From NCBI GenBank assembly GCA_039810585.1, contig JBDHXF010000003.1:93946-157945 (forward strand): a stretch of DNA of 64,000 nt, read 5' to 3'. Source of the DNA: Chlorobiota bacterium. GTDB lineage: Bacteria; Bacteroidota; Ignavibacteria; Kapaibacteriales; NICIL-2. Shown here one piece after another: positions 60,623-64,000 of the stretch. Made by a program: the position numbers and the translations under genes. Below the pieces are notes generated by a model. The model was not told the DNA's origin. It saw nothing but the letters and a program-made list of their open reading frames with translations, and made no database searches. The first letter of the stretch is position 1; every line of letters starts with the position of its first letter.

Positions 60623-63262
60623 CTACTGCACATAGGTGTTGGTGCGCTTCTCAATTTTTAGGTCGTGAAGAACCGACGCGAGGGGACTAAAGCTCAGGTA
60701 GAATCCACGCACATATCCCGTGGGATACCAGGTTACGTCCAGTGCCCAACAATGGATAATCTTGCGCAGGGTGATACTGGGTGCCACGATACTGTGATTA
60801 AATACATCGTAGTTGATTCCTCCATTGACGGACCAAGTCGGCGTGAAGGAGAAGTTCATGGTGGACTGTAAATTGAGCGATTGCGTAGCAGGTAAAGCCG
60901 AATACGGTTTAGAGCTGCTGTAGCTCAGATTAATACTCACGTTCCAGGGAAAGGACAGGGGAGTGTAGCCGGGACTATTCTCGCCGAACACATCACTCGT
61001 CTGTTGCTGGTAGTTCATCCGGCGACTGAAACGGTCGCCAATCGACTCGGCACTCGTGTCGGCGCGGGTGGTGTCGCTATGCCCTTGCGCAAATGAGGAG
61101 CTTTTAGAACCAAAAGTAGCCGTGAGATAAAACGAGACGGCGGTTACCCGCAGCGGTGTCTTGCCAGCAGATGCCAGGTACTGTCCGGTTTGACGGTACA
61201 GTCCCGTGGCACGACCATTCGTATCCAGCACCGGAGCCTCATCGTAGGGTGTGGTGCTAAAGTCGGTGGTAAAGTTCAGACTACCGATGGCTGGAGTTCG
61301 CACGCTCCAGTGAATATCGCTGAGGCGCATGGAGTCCTTGGTGAAGTTGTAGTTACCGGACACTCCAATGCGCGCCAGTTCAAGCTTCTTGTCTGCGCTA
61401 TCGCCAAACACTTTGGCGTCCAGACTGTTGTCGAGTGACCAGTTGAGCAGTAACGATTTTGCTTGAGAGGCAATGCCGCCACCGTCCAACGCGAAGCGCG
61501 AATAGCGAACCGACTGTCCTTCACGATTAAGAGAGTCGGCCGGGAGATGGTAGTTCGAATAAAATCTGGAGTCCGTACTTAAATCCGGCGTGAAACTCAG
61601 CCCGATCGAGGGCATTATGGTATGACGCAGCGCAAATGATCCCAAGTTCAGAGGTGTTCCGTACAGTGTGGTCCTGGTGTTGAGGCCAAAGCTGTAATTG
61701 TACTCATAGAACAATCCGTTCTCAACCGCATCAACAGCGGATTGCGTGGCAGTGTCGTAACGGCGATCCGCAATGCGTCTCTGGTACACATTAGCAAGAA
61801 AGCTAATACTGGGAGTGACGGTAAACACTCCAAGTTTAGGAGAAATACTGATTGTTGGAGTGTGACGCCATACCGCAGAGTGCGAATCGTTATAGGTTGA
61901 ATCGAACACAACCACGGTGTTCGATAAGCCGGTGGAACTGTCGAATTCCACACTGTCACGTTGCCGCACATTGAGGGAATGCCTGTAGGTGGTGTTGACC
62001 TGTGAAGAATAGCTTAGCGAAATGTCATTGTACCAGGCGGACGAACCTGTAGTCTTGAAAGGAAAAAGCGCGGGAATGGAAAAGTTTAGGCTTGGTGATT
62101 GGTCGTATGTTTTGGCTTGAAGGTCTTGATTGCGCGTATAGTTCAGACCAATCGCCATGTTGTTATCGAAGGTGTGCGACAATCCGGCTGAGCTAAACAC
62201 ATTCTGTTGGATACGCTGAGCAAGCGAGCTTAAGGTGTTGTTCGCATAGTCGTTACTCTGAAAGTTCACATTGGCGTTGAAGCGCGTTTGAGGATCGAAG
62301 ATTTGATTATGCACCCATCCAAGTTTATACTCTTTGCTATACGGCGTAAGAGGATTGGGTCGTACGTTGGCATAGCTCAAGTCCAAGTGTCCGTCAAGAA
62401 CATAACGCAACACATAATTCCACTTATTGTTGATTTGGATTCCGCCTTTGCTATACAGATCGGCACTGATTTGGGTGTCGTAGTAATCGCTGAGAGCGAA
62501 GTAGTAGCCTAAGTTCTGCAAGGTCACACCACGATTAGCGTCAAAGAAGGGTCGCGGTATGATCAAGCCCGATTGCCGTCCGCTCTTATTGGGAAAGAAT
62601 AACCCAAAGGGTAGGTACAACACCGGAACATCTTGCACATAGAGGTACACTTCATCCATCAGAATGCGATCGCCGGGAATGACTTTCATTCTTGGCGAGC
62701 TGAAATAGAAATGCGGGTGCGGTGCATCGCAGGTGGTATAACATCCGTTCTCGACAAACATTGTTTGATCCGGATTTCGCCTAATACGAGAGCCGCTGAA
62801 GTAGGCATTGTCAATGGTGGTTTCGCCAACCGACACCGTGCCTGTTTTATTCTTGAAGTTGTACTTAATCTGAGCACCGGCATATTCCTTTCCGGCGTCG
62901 GTGAACTTTGGGTAACCAATGGTTTTTCCGCTGCTATCCTTTACCGGTTCAGAGTTCATGAGCCCGCTGTCGAAGTACATTTCAATGACTTCCGATTCCA
63001 GTTTCTGACTTCGAAAGCGAGCCTGCGAACTTCCTCGAAGTCGCATCCGTTTGTCCTTGGCATAAAAGATCACTGAATCTTTCGCCGAGTAACTCACAAC
63101 GGTGTCAATACCACTCCTCGACCGACGAGTGCTGTCGCCCGGGATGCTCACCCTCGTCGTACCTAACGAATCGTTCTGATGTACAATCAATGAGTCGCGC
63201 AATGCGTCAGCATGCGCGTAAGAAGAAGTCACCAGCAGACTCAACACACTCACTACAATCAC
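60623..63262 (-). CDS. Large outer-membrane protein, possibly LptD/OstA-like
   Basis: 879 aa with a signal peptide. The N-terminal region resembles an OstA-like fold (GCYTTCDAPHPHFYF). The long C-terminal region alternates Y/F/N-rich beta-strands. This is a tentative assignment from architecture only. Confidence 0.35.
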   Translation of the reverse strand: MIVVSVLSLLVTSSYAHADALRDSLIVHQNDSLGTTRVSIPGDSTRRSRSGIDTVVSYSAKDSVIFYAKDKRMRLRGSSQARFRSQKLESEVIEMYFDSGLMNSEPVKDSSGKTIGYPKFTDAGKEYAGAQIKYNFKNKTGTVSVGETTIDNAYFSGSRIRRNPDQTMFVENGCYTTCDAPHPHFYFSSPRMKVIPGDRILMDEVYLYVQDVPVLYLPFGLFFPNKSGRQSGLIIPRPFFDANRGVTLQNLGYYFALSDYYDTQISADLYSKGGIQINNKWNYVLRYVLDGHLDLSYANVRPNPLTPYSKEYKLGWVHNQIFDPQTRFNANVNFQSNDYANNTLSSLAQRIQQNVFSSAGLSHTFDNNMAIGLNYTRNQDLQAKTYDQSPSLNFSIPALFPFKTTGSSAWYNDISLSYSSQVNTTYRHSLNVRQRDSVEFDSSTGLSNTVVVFDSTYNDSHSAVWRHTPTISISPKLGVFTVTPSISFLANVYQRRIADRRYDTATQSAVDAVENGLFYEYNYSFGLNTRTTLYGTPLNLGSFALRHTIMPSIGLSFTPDLSTDSRFYSNYHLPADSLNREGQSVRYSRFALDGGGIASQAKSLLLNWSLDNSLDAKVFGDSADKKLELARIGVSGNYNFTKDSMRLSDIHWSVRTPAIGSLNFTTDFSTTPYDEAPVLDTNGRATGLYRQTGQYLASAGKTPLRVTAVSFYLTATFGSKSSSFAQGHSDTTRADTSAESIGDRFSRRMNYQQQTSDVFGENSPGYTPLSFPWNVSINLSYSSSKPYSALPATQSLNLQSTMNFSFTPTWSVNGGINYDVFNHSIVAPSITLRKIIHCWALDVTWYPTGYVRGFYLSFSPLASVLHDLKIEKRTNTYVQ

Positions 63263-63390
63263 GGAACAGGCGCGACATGATGGAAGTACACGACGGCGAT
63301 CAGCGCGACATCTTCTTACGCGCCGTGCTTCGCCCGCGCGTCTGCAAGGATGGTGTATGAAATCTTGGAAGGGCAGTGTGGTGTTCCTCG

Positions 63391-64000
63391 CTAATCGAGC
63401 TTAATGACTTTTGCGCCCTTGGGAGCGCGGAAGCTGTAGTGCTCCGTGAGTGGACTAACCGAAACGGAGCGAATTCGTAACCGACACACCACTTTCTGCG
63501 TGGGGAAACTGAAGACCATGGTTCGCGGAAACAAAGTTCCGTGCACGGCTTCGAAGTCTGAGTAATTGATATTCATGAGCACATCCCCTTTGAGCGACTT
63601 TCGCTGGTAACTGATCATCGAATGTGTGCCAAGGGAGCGTTTGACAAAATCGATACAACACAGGCTGTCTATACGACGATAGATATGACAGCTGTCTGCT
63701 GTAATTGAGCCAACGACTTCGTAGACAGAATCGGCGAAAGGAGTGGCATTGCGCACTAAGTACACAAAATCGTCGTAAGAAAGGGGGAGTGGAAGTCGCT
63801 CCATCAACACCGGGGAACGCGGATCTGCCTCCACGAACTCGGTTTTCAGCGCGTCGAAATAGAGAAGATTCTCCGGCGATGCGCACATACGGCCAATTAG
63901 AATTCCGAAGGGACCATTGATGGTCATGGCCACAGAATCGGTCTTCAACATGGAGATACTGCAGCTACCGCTCATGGGACCGGTCTCTTCATCGATATCC
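63391..64000 (-). CDS. Hypothetical protein; the N-terminus probably lies beyond the window end
   Basis: It is an ORF only, with no recognisable motif. Co-directional with the upstream OMP gene. Confidence 0.3.
   Translation of the reverse strand, partial: DIDEETGPMSGSCSISMLKTDSVAMTINGPFGILIGRMCASPENLLYFDALKTEFVEADPRSPVLMERLPLPLSYDDFVYLVRNATPFADSVYEVVGSITADSCHIYRRIDSLCCIDFVKRSLGTHSMISYQRKSLKGDVLMNINYSDFEAVHGTLFPRTMVFSFPTQKVVCRLRIRSVSVSPLTEHYSFRAPKGAKVIKLD

Overview
This is a 64 kb chromosomal window from a bacterium with about 50% GC, almost certainly of the Fibrobacterota-Chlorobiota-Bacteroidota (FCB) superphylum. Three signals point there: (1) three large secreted proteins end in type-IX-secretion (T9SS) C-terminal sorting domains; (2) there are GldL/PorL-like, GldM/PorM-like and gingipain/PorU-like (peptidase C25) genes; (3) the F-type ATP synthase operon is split, with atpZ-atpI-a-c-b-delta-alpha followed directly by hldD and no gamma/beta/epsilon, an arrangement associated with the Chlorobi/Ignavibacteria/Bacteroidetes lineage. 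Housekeeping genes are dense and well supported: atpBEFHA, ligA, valS, gltA, rpsA, gyrA, trxB, cinA, mltG, lptF/G-type permease, a LolC/E-type permease, a thiolase and hldD. The accessory, cell-envelope part of the window is more unusual: (i) Two adjacent giant paralogous genes (about 4.2 and 3.7 kb) encode S/T/G/N-rich, phage-tail-fibre-like beta-helical surface proteins. One carries near-identical in-frame tandem DNA repeats of 726 bp (x2.3) and 579 bp (x2). (ii) A 1,930-aa peptidase C25 (gingipain/PorU-like) protein has an intact GHG/SC catalytic dyad and a T9SS-like C-terminal domain. (iii) A GldL/GldM-like pair sits alone, with no gldK or gldN beside it, behind a 900-aa beta-propeller T9SS cargo gene. 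(iv) A MerR-led operon encodes a periplasmic WD40 propeller, a carboxypeptidase-regulatory-like (CRD) protein and a CRD+OmpA_C protein, which together reproduce the WD40-CRD-OmpA_C domain order of T9SS PorE as separate genes. (v) A lamin-tail-domain protein with a T9SS sorting domain and a VWA-OmpA-SPOR tripartite protein. At the DNA level a roughly 45-nt motif (TCGTCAGGAG..TTATTCGTGCG plus a GC hairpin) recurs four times at gene ends. Several other gene ends carry strong hairpins without U-tracts. A 545-bp AT-rich intergenic region holds an ATTGTT repeat array and a perfect TTGTTCATGAACAA palindrome. No rRNA, tRNA, CRISPR array, transposase or integrase was found. All family assignments were made by eye from motifs, with no database search.
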